In this document: positions 20,301 to 29,002 of the stretch, one piece after another | How positions within the stretch are numbered: the stretch's first letter is position 1 | How the letters are laid out: the number at the start of each line of letters is the position of its first letter | IMG/VR virus record: IMGVR_UViG_3300035180_001452 | Location: 32,001 to 96,000 of that record | Reading direction: 5' to 3' (one strand) | DNA from: a virus | Length of the DNA: 64,000 nucleotides | Translations under genes and position numbers: made by a program | The notes under the pieces: model-generated | What the model was told of the DNA's origin: nothing | The model's input: only the letters and a program-made list of their open reading frames with translations | The model's database searches: none

Positions 20301-23300
20301 CAGTCCCACTATACTTAGTTGTATCTATACTTTTTATTTGAAAATAAACATAGTCATCTGTAAATACTGTTATGCTAGTATCGCGCAAGTTTATACAGTA
20401 GGGATATACTGTGCTTTTATTTTTTACTTTATCGTCATACTGTAAGGGCTTTTCAATAGAGCACTGTATACCAAGCTGTAGACAAATCTTTTGTATAAAT
20501 AGCTGTAGTTGTCTGTTTGTTGTGCTACCGTTTATTATCCCTTCACCAGAAAAATCAGCCCCGCTCTCTAGTAAGTAGGACATTAGCATGAACAGTATAC
20601 AGTCGCTAGGCGCGTTTAACAACTCATCCGGTATTCTCTTTTCATTATCTTCTCTAAGTAAAGTCTTTATAGATTTAGCAAGAGTACTATTATATAGAGT
20701 TACTTTTAGTACTGTACCAAGATCGCTTATATCTACTTGATATTCGGTTATTTCTTTTAGTAGGCTAGATATAGTATCAGCGTGCTCTTTACTTAAAGTA
20801 AATGATATACCGGAGGGTTCTCCTTGGTCGTATATTATTATTCCGTTGGCTAGATACCATCCAAATATGGGGAATAGGTCTGTAGTTAATTCTAATGTAT
20901 CCGTGTTAGAAATAGTAATATTCTTAAGCTGCCCGGTTCCTACTGGTCTTGGATATGCTAGATACTGCCCCTCTTTTAATTCATCTGCTCTTACCCATTC
21001 CCAGGATATATAGCGCGAATAATTAGGCCGTGTTCTTTGCACTGCTACAGGAACAGGATGGTTTCCTGTTACTATAAAGCTAGCCCCATCTCCTGCATAT
21101 GTTGTTATAGAGTATACAGGCTCATCTACGCTTCTTGTAAATACGTGAGTAATAGTAGTGTCTATTCCATAGATGTTCTTTACTGTATCGCCAATAGCTA
21201 CTTTATCTGCTCTAACAGGGTTACCTTCTACCATAACTTCTACGTCTGGTAGTAAGCATCCAGTTAGCCACCATCTGCCTCTTCTTACTGGCTCTCTTCC
21301 TTCTGATAGATACTCCTGCTGTTCTTCATAGCTCCTAGGCTGCCAATAGTCCTCAACCCCAGGCATTAAATCAACAAGAGCCTTAGAGCGGTTAGTTATT
21401 CCAAGTATATCAGCGGTCCACGATCCTGCTAGTGCAGCATGCGCTCTAATATTACCAATAGCCTTATCTGGCGTAAAGCCTATTGTATTACTAGAAACAT
21501 AGTTAGCATATTTCCAGGCTTCAACTGCACCAAAAGCTGGAAGAACTCTCTTTAGAGCTAGATTTTTGTATATCGAAGCAGTATTTTGTAGGTCTGAGTC
21601 TGGAAGTCCTAGACCATACTCCGCAAGCATTTTATTAAGTCTATATGCCATGTGGTATCCAGGACCTGGGTTGACGGCTCTACCCATTCCCGGTACTGTT
21701 TCCCCATATATATAGGAGACTATAGGATTTATACTTCTGTCTTTGATCGCCTCTAGCGTAGCTCCTACATAATTACTACCAGCAGGAACTGCATATAATC
21801 TAGTTCCTACACCTTCTATACCTTCACCATTAATCCATGGAGTAGCGCCTCCATGCCATCTATTTAGTACGTCTTTTAATATGTCTCCTACATTACTACC
21901 GGGACTCCTAATGATATTAGCTATTTCTTCTGCTCTAGCGCCTTGATCTAAGAACTTATTACTTAAGTATTTTTCATTAAATAAGCCCCAGATACTAGCC
22001 ATCAGATCATTCTTAGCACTTTTAGATAGCTTAGGAATACTGTTTATATTCTCTCGCATCACATCAAATATATAGGGGGCGTCTGGATTATCGGCTATGT
22101 GAGAGAATATCTCATCATAAAATACTTCTCTAATCTTATCGAACCCTGCTACTGGATCCGATTCTCCTAACAGTCCGCTAAGATTAATTATACTAGGACT
22201 TGGATTCTTTAGTATCCCTTGAGATAACAGTCCTATATCATTTTGTACAAATCGTCTAGCATTAATTTTAGTATGTAGCCCACTAAATATTCCTGCTGAT
22301 GCTCTATCAAAAAATCTAACGTTGTGTAGAATTTCTCCTCCTACTGCAGCATCTATTTCTCTTAGCGCAGTAGCGAGAGACTCATCAGAAAAACCTTCAT
22401 TAATAAGACCTATAAATCCTGGATGAAGATTGCTGTGCTTTATTATTTCTGGGCTAAATATCTGGCTAGGTTTAATACCTTTAGGTATAGAGGTATACTT
22501 ACGTACTGTTCCAAGAATATTTTCTATATCATCTATGCTATTACTTCCCTGCATAACTCTATTTAGTGAGTTTACTGGGTTGCTCGCATACTTATCTGCA
22601 TTAGGCCATAGCCATTTTCCTATAGCGCTCCAGGCTTTTCCAAATTTAGACGGCTCCCCCTGCCTATCTAGGCCCATAACATCCATTATTTGGCCTAGTG
22701 TATTGTAACCTACCCACTTTCTTAGATTACCTTTTTGTGAATAATAAAGATTTGGGTTAGATCTTATGCGAGAAAACTCCTGCATAAGTCCAAATCTAGC
22801 ATCTTTAATATTCCATTTATTAATTTCATCTGGAAATGGAACAGAACCTACTACTCTATTTCCACCTTCTCCTACCTCTTCCGTTCCAAATATTCTATTA
22901 CCAACATAGTATACGTCTCTAAGAAGTTCGCCTTTATTATTAAATAGCTTAGAACGTAGTTTTTGTGGTGCAGCCTCATAAATTTCTCTTTGTAGGCTTC
23001 CAGCTCCTAGAGTACCAGCAAAGTCTTTTGCTCCCCCTCTTAACCAAGGCATGAACTTAAATGGCATTAGACCACCAAGTCCTGGAGCTACTGGTACAAT
23101 GAAATTATTAGATAGTATATTAAACCCGGCCTCTGCCATATTCATAAGAGGCCCTAGATTAAAAGCTGACTCTCCTGTGCTTACTATATCAGTAGGCAGA
23201 TTTTCTATAATGCTTCTTATAGCTAAAGTGTCTATACTCTTAGTAGTTGCTTTTACTGCGTGCTCTTCAGCTAGTGCTAAAGAATAGGCAGCTTTTGCAG

Positions 23301-24153
23301 CCATAATATCCGCTTTAGTTAGACCCTTCATACGATGCTGAAGAACTTTTATAAACACTTCTTCGCCAGCGCTTGGAGAAGAATAGAAATTGTTTCTAAT
23401 AGTAGGATGTCTTAATATTCCTTCTATCTCAGGTAGAACGCCCTTAGAGGTTAATTCTCCTAGTCTCAGCCGTTTTATTCCGAAGGCTCCGAGAATTCCA
23501 CCTGTTTTATTACCAGTAGCAATTTCTTTAAGATGAGCGGCAAATAGTTTATTAGCTTCTAGGAACGCTTGTCCAGGAACTACATGTACGAAGTTACTAG
23601 CTTTAATCCTGGCTTCTTCTACGTCTACTAGCAGCTGTTGTTGATTATGTGCCCTTGCTTGGGTTAGCTTAGAAATAACGTTCTTTCTATAGAACGGACT
23701 TGATAGTACCTTATCTGTAGTCAGGCTACTCAAGATATCTTGAGATGTACCACTAGCATTAAATAGTAACCTTGCTTCTTCTTCAGACCACCCTTTAGAA
23801 ACAAGGTGCCTCATGCCTATAGCTCTCATAGACTGCTTAGGTAAGTCTATACCTACAAGTCTATTAAAGCTACGAAACGCTACCCCTAATCTACTTTCTT
23901 CTATAGCTAGTCTAGAAGCCTGTTGTATAGGAACTTCTCCGGCACGTACATTTCTTAGGGTACCAGAGTATACTCTTCTTTCAACAAACTTACCTAGTCT
24001 CTGAGCTCCTCTAATTACTTGATTTCCTATATACCGTCTAATATTAGGAGCAGCTAAAAAAACACCAAGACCAATAGCTCCAGCGGCTCCTAAGGCCCAC
24101 CTGGTGCGTGATTGATCTTGGTCTCTATCCTGATAACTTCTAAAGTTTGCCAT
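17374..24153 (-). CDS. Tape-measure-like giant tail protein with intein and degenerate SNase (thermonuclease)-like domain
   Basis: 2259 aa, directly downstream of the tail chaperones, with Gly/Ala-rich hydrophobic segments. KSILDANTF...PIRLAG...NVNRALIDTG resembles the SNase fold. Confidence 0.6.
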   Translation of the reverse strand: MANFRSYQDRDQDQSRTRWALGAAGAIGLGVFLAAPNIRRYIGNQVIRGAQRLGKFVERRVYSGTLRNVRAGEVPIQQASRLAIEESRLGVAFRSFNRLVGIDLPKQSMRAIGMRHLVSKGWSEEEARLLFNASGTSQDILSSLTTDKVLSSPFYRKNVISKLTQARAHNQQQLLVDVEEARIKASNFVHVVPGQAFLEANKLFAAHLKEIATGNKTGGILGAFGIKRLRLGELTSKGVLPEIEGILRHPTIRNNFYSSPSAGEEVFIKVLQHRMKGLTKADIMAAKAAYSLALAEEHAVKATTKSIDTLAIRSIIENLPTDIVSTGESAFNLGPLMNMAEAGFNILSNNFIVPVAPGLGGLMPFKFMPWLRGGAKDFAGTLGAGSLQREIYEAAPQKLRSKLFNNKGELLRDVYYVGNRIFGTEEVGEGGNRVVGSVPFPDEINKWNIKDARFGLMQEFSRIRSNPNLYYSQKGNLRKWVGYNTLGQIMDVMGLDRQGEPSKFGKAWSAIGKWLWPNADKYASNPVNSLNRVMQGSNSIDDIENILGTVRKYTSIPKGIKPSQIFSPEIIKHSNLHPGFIGLINEGFSDESLATALREIDAAVGGEILHNVRFFDRASAGIFSGLHTKINARRFVQNDIGLLSQGILKNPSPSIINLSGLLGESDPVAGFDKIREVFYDEIFSHIADNPDAPYIFDVMRENINSIPKLSKSAKNDLMASIWGLFNEKYLSNKFLDQGARAEEIANIIRSPGSNVGDILKDVLNRWHGGATPWINGEGIEGVGTRLYAVPAGSNYVGATLEAIKDRSINPIVSYIYGETVPGMGRAVNPGPGYHMAYRLNKMLAEYGLGLPDSDLQNTASIYKNLALKRVLPAFGAVEAWKYANYVSSNTIGFTPDKAIGNIRAHAALAGSWTADILGITNRSKALVDLMPGVEDYWQPRSYEEQQEYLSEGREPVRRGRWWLTGCLLPDVEVMVEGNPVRADKVAIGDTVKNIYGIDTTITHVFTRSVDEPVYSITTYAGDGASFIVTGNHPVPVAVQRTRPNYSRYISWEWVRADELKEGQYLAYPRPVGTGQLKNITISNTDTLELTTDLFPIFGWYLANGIIIYDQGEPSGISFTLSKEHADTISSLLKEITEYQVDISDLGTVLKVTLYNSTLAKSIKTLLREDNEKRIPDELLNAPSDCILFMLMSYLLESGADFSGEGIINGSTTNRQLQLFIQKICLQLGIQCSIEKPLQYDDKVKNKSTVYPYCINLRDTSITVFTDDYVYFQIKSIDTTKYSGTVYDFEVAEGESFCLIAQAVHNSRQAFVGDKIQYYSPSWYQLSQSKWQEASNVDLNSDEYWGHSAIPTPSHPFSPIKKLLDPYWWEEKHKEDRPYIETGTLFSPDTFLGNIGNMTIGRILKPTRIMHPEYLEEGVEEGSDSGRYGAPSATRVSFTKSGEYKVLQGGGALQTGLGTGGEGPYSSAGGGQSGGSGTWTPIKGGDLVDSSFDYSNAISSKSFKVQSTKLTEQFWDLAGIYGYAQKVAATALGTAPTINTPVIQSADRGYGYERRFWDRNLGGIPGDLSEFWRRIIPHRNRNIHEYNPVPNKMPDWMPGEDYFINFKTGDPYVKIPAGEIRLPGEAYERIHGVSGYGSLTRVEILSDVAPWSNELKTELANVRAEIAEDTPEVAEYKQKRVNEAVKRASQQKKIYKIRDYRFNQKTESREYTIKSILDANTFIVEEDEHPIRLAGTRVSKDRIRKYLKEQNIRVKKGDDSITAFYRTFGIEPGAKIRAVMATKDDDQISDDMLQTKRAAVFAGGTNVNRALIDTGVGIEKTGDNSAPGIVARYGKLSRLYGLLWEKFAHLDTPFHTKLLRVRSALEEYKRSQVYGTTAGDWAAPIKTYVRPTMDAIASRNPILATLTGAFIGSLFGRLVGGKKIGAAVGGALAAQMSIRRVLGEVFTGEKYIPKRVRKRREIEEYYDALRYVKYTRLSKQYADAALEKEGIDILKVADEKDLEGDRIKKELDKLENRKRAIMLSDASVDWKRKKVKRINREINKIVESNRKEYDIGPLAARALLYRGLAKRTITGAIPGDPLNNVMGGLPRYERELAMDIVANGSPREKKEFFSLLTKRQKSVLGQYLGIRKKDTPQKESLKEFFKNYQLPDDTWAGWKEEFNLENARVVTAQKEGVTPMEMGIYPINSMDAKIATREVPIPVIHGEVADVHRTLETLLKGRGVRDISIELNMSNSTKGSESNIEVNLSHDRTNEVASKI
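20239..21258 (-). mobile_element. Intein (340 aa) in tape-measure-like protein
   Basis: CLLPDVEV start, block B VTGNHP, end VYDFEV..ESF...AVHN/S. Degenerate LAGLIDADG block IFGWYLANG. Confidence 0.93.
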
Positions 24154-24158
24154 AATTA

Positions 24159-24767
24159 CTATCTACTTATTACGGAACTATGCTCTTCCTCCCATTGTCT
24201 TAACTTGTGCTCAGGAATTTCTCCGGGTCCTACTAGAATAGGAGGAACAACTCGTCCACTTGGATTATTAGGAGCAGGAGGTACCGGCTTTTTATTTGAC
24301 CTACGTTCAAACGGGTTCATGGTTATAAACTTATCTACGTCTAGCCCATACATAGAAGCTGCTAATAACTGTGCTGCTCCGGCAGACTTAAACCAATCTA
24401 TAGGATCCATATTCCTTATCTGGTCTAAAGGTAGATGAAGTACTCCCATCATTAATATTTCTAGTTTGCCAGAGGATGAGATTATCCATTCTTCTACTTC
24501 TTCTTGTAGAAGTTCGGTACCCTCTTCCGTCATACCAGAGGCTTCTAGAATCTTTCTTGCTAGTGTGGTTGGTATTCCAGCCAGACAGTTGTCTAAATCT
24601 ATATCTGGATAGACTACACAAGCTCTACAAAGAGAGTCTTCTATATCTACCTGAAATTCACACCTAAGGGCTTCTTCTAGCTCTGCACGAGTAGCTCCAC
24701 GGTATTTATATAATGTACCAAGAACCTCTGTTTTGTAGACACGGGGCATGTATTTTAATCCGTACAA
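24159..24767 (-). CDS. Putative tail assembly chaperone
   Basis: CVVYP...AGIPTTLARKILEASG domain shared with the upstream gene. Lies between tube and tape-measure-like genes. Start may be ATG 24749. Confidence 0.6.
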   Translation of the reverse strand: MYGLKYMPRVYKTEVLGTLYKYRGATRAELEEALRCEFQVDIEDSLCRACVVYPDIDLDNCLAGIPTTLARKILEASGMTEEGTELLQEEVEEWIISSSGKLEILMMGVLHLPLDQIRNMDPIDWFKSAGAAQLLAASMYGLDVDKFITMNPFERRSNKKPVPPAPNNPSGRVVPPILVGPGEIPEHKLRQWEEEHSSVISR

Positions 24768-24815
24768 GTTATGGGCCAGCCCCTATCATAATAGATAGGG
24801 GCGACCAAATATTAT

Positions 24816-25484
24816 TTATAGCTCTTCTACTTTGCTAGGATCCGAGAACCCAGAAAGTAGCATAATCTGTGCGGCCAGTATTGTAGGAACTCCTGCGCCA
24901 GTAGCAGACCAGTCTACATTCTCTGGCCAGATAAGACATCTCTTGACGCCCTCTACCTCTCCGTCCATTTCTCTTGGTAGCTTTTGTAAACTAGAGTACT
25001 CGGGTCTTAGCATGGGTCTAATAACATAGGTGCTATTACCAATAGTAACAGCTCTCATTGGGTAAGAATACTTTTTCTTTAGGGTTTCTTTGTCCTTATC
25101 TGTTAGTACCTGTACAGTAGGCATCTCTGTAAGATCTTCAACATCTAGATCCTCAAAGTCATTCATACCAGATGCATCTAGATAAGACTTTTCCTGGATA
25201 TGCTTAGCTAATGTTGGAATAGCCCCGGCAGGAAGCGTAGCCCAATCTGGTGGGGCTAGCTGAGGCCACAATAAAGCATAGTCTACGATCTTTTCTTCTA
25301 TGTCCGATAGCCTTACTCCCTGTCCATTCTCATCAATCCATCTTTGAATCTTAGCGTACTCTTCCCTATTTATATAGGTAAATACAAAATCCTGCCCAAA
25401 TAACGTTTTCTTATACAGAGGCCTATTTGAAACCTGTTCTTTTAAGCTTGCAATGATCTCCTCTGTAAGTTCCTGTCTAGTCAT
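24816..25484 (-). CDS. Putative tail assembly chaperone (two tandem domains)
   Basis: Two copies of R.EY...L(L/I)WP...AG..PT.LA..I...S. Confidence 0.6.
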   Translation of the reverse strand: MTRQELTEEIIASLKEQVSNRPLYKKTLFGQDFVFTYINREEYAKIQRWIDENGQGVRLSDIEEKIVDYALLWPQLAPPDWATLPAGAIPTLAKHIQEKSYLDASGMNDFEDLDVEDLTEMPTVQVLTDKDKETLKKKYSYPMRAVTIGNSTYVIRPMLRPEYSSLQKLPREMDGEVEGVKRCLIWPENVDWSATGAGVPTILAAQIMLLSGFSDPSKVEEL

Positions 25485-25517
25485 ACTTAATCCTTTCTAT
25501 TGATAATATTGTGAACT

Positions 25518-26375
25518 TTAAGGTAAGTCAATACTCTTACCAGTTTCCGGAATAAGGTCTCTAGCTATAAAGCTATATATTTCTAGTATATTTCTACCGC
25601 TGTCGTCTATGGACTTACCTGCTACATTGATCTGAACCCCATCCAATGCCTCAATAGTTCCCGCAGTCTTTGATGGAAGGCCTGTTCCTATCTTACCAAA
25701 TACTGCTCTCTCATCAATATTTAGTTTAATATCACCGTACTTTATATATATGGTAATCCCATCGCTGCCTACATCATATAGTGGAGAGTTAGTATTTCTA
25801 GCAGAGGTTTCTACTGACCTATCTTCAGCCCCCCAAAACTTTTCTATATTCTTCTGTCTGATCTCATCTAAGATAGCGTAGTTAAACCCACCAGTACTGT
25901 TGTGTCTTGACGCTCCTAATATCTCCTCTGGCGTGGAAGGAAACTGTGATATTATAGAAGACTTCATCTTATTACTTGTTCTTACGTCTTCTTTAGAGGA
26001 GCCGGCTTTTATATTTTTAAGTTCTTTCAGTACTAGTGGAATATAAAACGATCGCTTGAAGTTAATACTAAATGATCCTTGAATAATCCTACTTCCTCTA
26101 GCTACTGATCTATATGTATAATCTCCATAAGAATATAATGGCAGAGTATTTTCAGACACCTGATACTGTATATTTACAATATCATCTATATACATATCAT
26201 TAAAAAATATAGAAACATCGACACCTGACCAATAGGCCGAGTTAAACTCATCTACAACAGTTTGGTATTCTCGGTCATTAGTCTTAGAATAAAGATATGG
26301 AGCAGTCTGAACTCTTTCGCTGCGGGATGTTTTAAATAGTCTAGATAGAGTAGAGGGGACAGATGTTGGTAGCAT
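25518..26375 (-). CDS. Tail tube-like protein (paralog 3)
   Basis: WSGVDV...RGSRIIQGSFSINF...YSFIARD, shared with the other two tube-like genes. Confidence 0.65.
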   Translation of the reverse strand: MLPTSVPSTLSRLFKTSRSERVQTAPYLYSKTNDREYQTVVDEFNSAYWSGVDVSIFFNDMYIDDIVNIQYQVSENTLPLYSYGDYTYRSVARGSRIIQGSFSINFKRSFYIPLVLKELKNIKAGSSKEDVRTSNKMKSSIISQFPSTPEEILGASRHNSTGGFNYAILDEIRQKNIEKFWGAEDRSVETSARNTNSPLYDVGSDGITIYIKYGDIKLNIDERAVFGKIGTGLPSKTAGTIEALDGVQINVAGKSIDDSGRNILEIYSFIARDLIPETGKSIDLP

Positions 26376-26394
26376 TATATTATTTATTCCTTAC

Positions 26395-27273
26395 TTACCA
26401 TAGAGTAACAGGAGTAGCTCCTCCTGTACCGTCATCTATTGGTGTTGCTAGAGGAGGAGGCCCCCATGCCCAAACATTAGGGTTGGGTTGAGGAGACGAG
26501 GGGTATTGGGAAGGATCTGTATTTGATGTCACTCCAGGAGGCAGAGGAGTTTGCCCAGTCATACTAATAGCAGTATTAGTAGGATCTAGAATAGGCACAC
26601 TACTTTGTGAAGTGTTAGAAAAGTGACTACTATCTATTGGTTCCAAATCCTCTTTTTCTCTTCTCTTTGAGTCTATAGCTCCTGTATCAGGCATAATATC
26701 AAGAGGTTGAAACGGTATTCTATCAACTGCCATATAGGAGTAGGTTTCCATAACAGAGATATTATCTAGAGAGTACGTTTCTCCTTCATCTAAGATACTT
26801 ACTCCCAATACCCCAGTATAAGACACTGTACCTGCTTCATTAACAAATGTAACGCTTACGTCAAATGGAGGAAGCTCGTCTGGTAAGAACATCTCTAATG
26901 GCCTATTAGAGCTTCCTCTAGGATCAAGAGGCTTAGGATTTTTATCTCTGTCTTCAGTAGCCATTACCATTCTATGCCATACAGTTCTATCAAACGAGGA
27001 GAATACCATAGTACCACCACAGGTTCTATGCCCTGCTGTAAATCCTCTAACTCTTATTTTACCTAGTGCTGTTACCGGGAACTTGTCTCTATGCGTAGAG
27101 ATAGAGAGCATGTTTAGAGTGCCAAGAGTATAGCTTTTTCTTCCTGGAAGAACCACATAAGCGACTATATCTACTCCAGAGAACACCTTAGCAGTAGAAT
27201 AATCATCTTCTGCAACATATCTATCTAGCATCTTTTCGTTGCTTACAAACATGTACTTATTAGTTTCAGCCAT
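26395..27273 (-). CDS. Tail tube-like protein (paralog 2)
   Basis: FSGVDIVA...GHRTCGGTMVF...DELPPFDVSVTFVNE.G; Pro-rich tail. Confidence 0.7.
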   Translation of the reverse strand: MAETNKYMFVSNEKMLDRYVAEDDYSTAKVFSGVDIVAYVVLPGRKSYTLGTLNMLSISTHRDKFPVTALGKIRVRGFTAGHRTCGGTMVFSSFDRTVWHRMVMATEDRDKNPKPLDPRGSSNRPLEMFLPDELPPFDVSVTFVNEAGTVSYTGVLGVSILDEGETYSLDNISVMETYSYMAVDRIPFQPLDIMPDTGAIDSKRREKEDLEPIDSSHFSNTSQSSVPILDPTNTAISMTGQTPLPPGVTSNTDPSQYPSSPQPNPNVWAWGPPPLATPIDDGTGGATPVTLW

Positions 27274-27313
27274 CTTATTCTTCCAACGAAGCCGTGCTTC
27301 TCATTATAAGATA

Positions 27314-28093
27314 TTAGCCCTTAGTTGCTTCGACCTGTCTAATGGTCCAGAAGTCAGAGCATAGATCCGGGCTGGTTATGTAGGCATAGGGCATCATGAA
27401 GTACCCTGCCAGTCCCCACTTTGCACCCCAAGAATTTCTAACGATAAACATTTTCTTACTATCATCATATCCAACAGCCATAACCGCATGCCCGCCAACA
27501 AGGCCTTCGGTTGGGCCAGGCATTGGTAAGATACCGGTCTTAGCAACAGCATCAGACTCAAAGCTTTCGTATACTGACATTCCAAAAACAAATGGGTATC
27601 CTTCTACAAGACATGACTTTAGATGATCTAAATCCTGTACTATAGATAGATACTTAATAACAAGATGCTTTAAGCCGTCTGTATATGCAGATTTGGTAGG
27701 CTTTCTTGCAAACTTCTGAATATCATAAGGCATAAACTTTTCGTGGCATGCTCCCTTTGAAGCCATAGCCTTCATTGTATCTCTAAGGCTTGCACCACTA
27801 TCTTGTGAGGCTGTATTCTCTAATACTCGAGTATTGTAATATACGAATAGTCTGGAGGGCAGATAATCCCCAAGACTAGATTTATCCTGTACAAATTCGT
27901 ATAATGCACTACCAGCGTTAGCTGTACAGCTCCCAAGGTCTCCCTGGTCATATACAGGAGGACACACAGGTCTAAGATCAACTACTCCCGGTAGTGTTTT
28001 CTTAGGCGCTGCATCTTTTAATGGGAAATACTTAAAGTCACGATGGTCTGGTAAATCTGGCGTCCATCCATAGCGAGCTATTTTACGAACCAT
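27314..28093 (-). CDS. Papain-like cysteine peptidase (C1A)
   Basis: DQGDLGSC (Gln/Cys), GGHAV (His), RNSWG (Asn). ATG 28093 behind GGGAGG. Confidence 0.93.
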   Translation of the reverse strand: MVRKIARYGWTPDLPDHRDFKYFPLKDAAPKKTLPGVVDLRPVCPPVYDQGDLGSCTANAGSALYEFVQDKSSLGDYLPSRLFVYYNTRVLENTASQDSGASLRDTMKAMASKGACHEKFMPYDIQKFARKPTKSAYTDGLKHLVIKYLSIVQDLDHLKSCLVEGYPFVFGMSVYESFESDAVAKTGILPMPGPTEGLVGGHAVMAVGYDDSKKMFIVRNSWGAKWGLAGYFMMPYAYITSPDLCSDFWTIRQVEATKG

Positions 28094-28135
28094 TGCACCC
28101 TCCCGAAAAATACAGTACAAATTTAGGAATCATTT

Positions 28136-28147
28136 TATTATAGCATA
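28136..28147 (-). promoter_or_regulatory. Extended -10 promoter TGCTATAAT for the peptidase
   Basis: Perfect TGnTATAAT about 45 nt upstream of the ATG. Confidence 0.65.
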
Positions 28148-28151
28148 AAAT

Positions 28152-28180
28152 AGGGGGAGAGCATTACCTGCCCTCCCCCT
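28152..28180 (-). terminator. Rho-independent terminator after tail tube gene
   Basis: AGGGGGAGGGCA-GGTAA-TGCTCTCCCCCT followed by ATTTTAT on the minus strand. Confidence 0.7.
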
Positions 28181-28194
28181 TTATTACTTAAGTG

Positions 28195-28989
28195 TTAGGC
28201 GGGAATCCTATCTCCAGCAGAATCGTTCCAAGACGTATTAGGATCGTTTGGATTGAGAATACTATCAAGAGGACTTACCGCTCTTGCTACAAACGTAAAT
28301 GCAGCTTCTGAGTTTAGATCGTCTAGAGTATACCCCCATCCTTCATTAACGAGCTGTACATTATGGATAGCAGTATATGCTACCTGTCCTAGCTCATTTA
28401 CCATTGTTATGGTAACATCGAATGGAGGAACCTGGTCAGAGTATCTTACTCTTCGAGTAGCAACTAAGGCGTAGGTTTCAGCAAGCTCTCTAGCAATTGC
28501 ATTATATATTCCTGCATCATCAGTTAGAGATACCCTTGTAGAATTTACATTGCCACCTGCTCCAAACTGAGAAGCTAGGCTCTGAACATTGACGGTCTGA
28601 GACTGTAGGTTATTTAGTTTTATATTATTAGGAATTTGAAAATAGTCTATGTCACCAATAAAGTTAACATTCTGGTCTAGTAACTTAGACATCTTCAAGA
28701 TAGCATGCTTATCGAACTGAGTGAATACAAGGTTACCGGCTATAGCGCGCTTACCTTTAACAAAGGCCTTTGGGTTAGGATCTCCCATTACAAAGACAGG
28801 CATTACCTCTCTAGTAATGGAAACCGTAATACCCTGTAAGCTAGCCACTCTCTTGTGCCCCATATAAGCAACAATGTCTGCACCAGAGAATGCACTAAAC
28901 GTCTTCTCAGCCTCCTCAAAAGATTGCTTAGCTTTAGGATTGTTCTGAATGGTATTATAAATTGAGCCACCAGCTCCGATCTGTCCCAT
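28195..28989 (-). CDS. Major tail tube protein
   Basis: Immediately after the sheath, strong SD AAGGAG. FSGADIVA...GKRAIAGNLVF...DQVPPFDVTI. Confidence 0.75.
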   Translation of the reverse strand: MGQIGAGGSIYNTIQNNPKAKQSFEEAEKTFSAFSGADIVAYMGHKRVASLQGITVSITREVMPVFVMGDPNPKAFVKGKRAIAGNLVFTQFDKHAILKMSKLLDQNVNFIGDIDYFQIPNNIKLNNLQSQTVNVQSLASQFGAGGNVNSTRVSLTDDAGIYNAIARELAETYALVATRRVRYSDQVPPFDVTITMVNELGQVAYTAIHNVQLVNEGWGYTLDDLNSEAAFTFVARAVSPLDSILNPNDPNTSWNDSAGDRIPA

Positions 28990-29002
28990 ATTTTATCTCC
29001 TT

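Noticed and set aside
24767-24818. Read-through fusing the two tail chaperones
   Set aside because: The genes are in the same frame, but a second stop (TGA at 24786-24788) intervenes and no slippery site was noticed.
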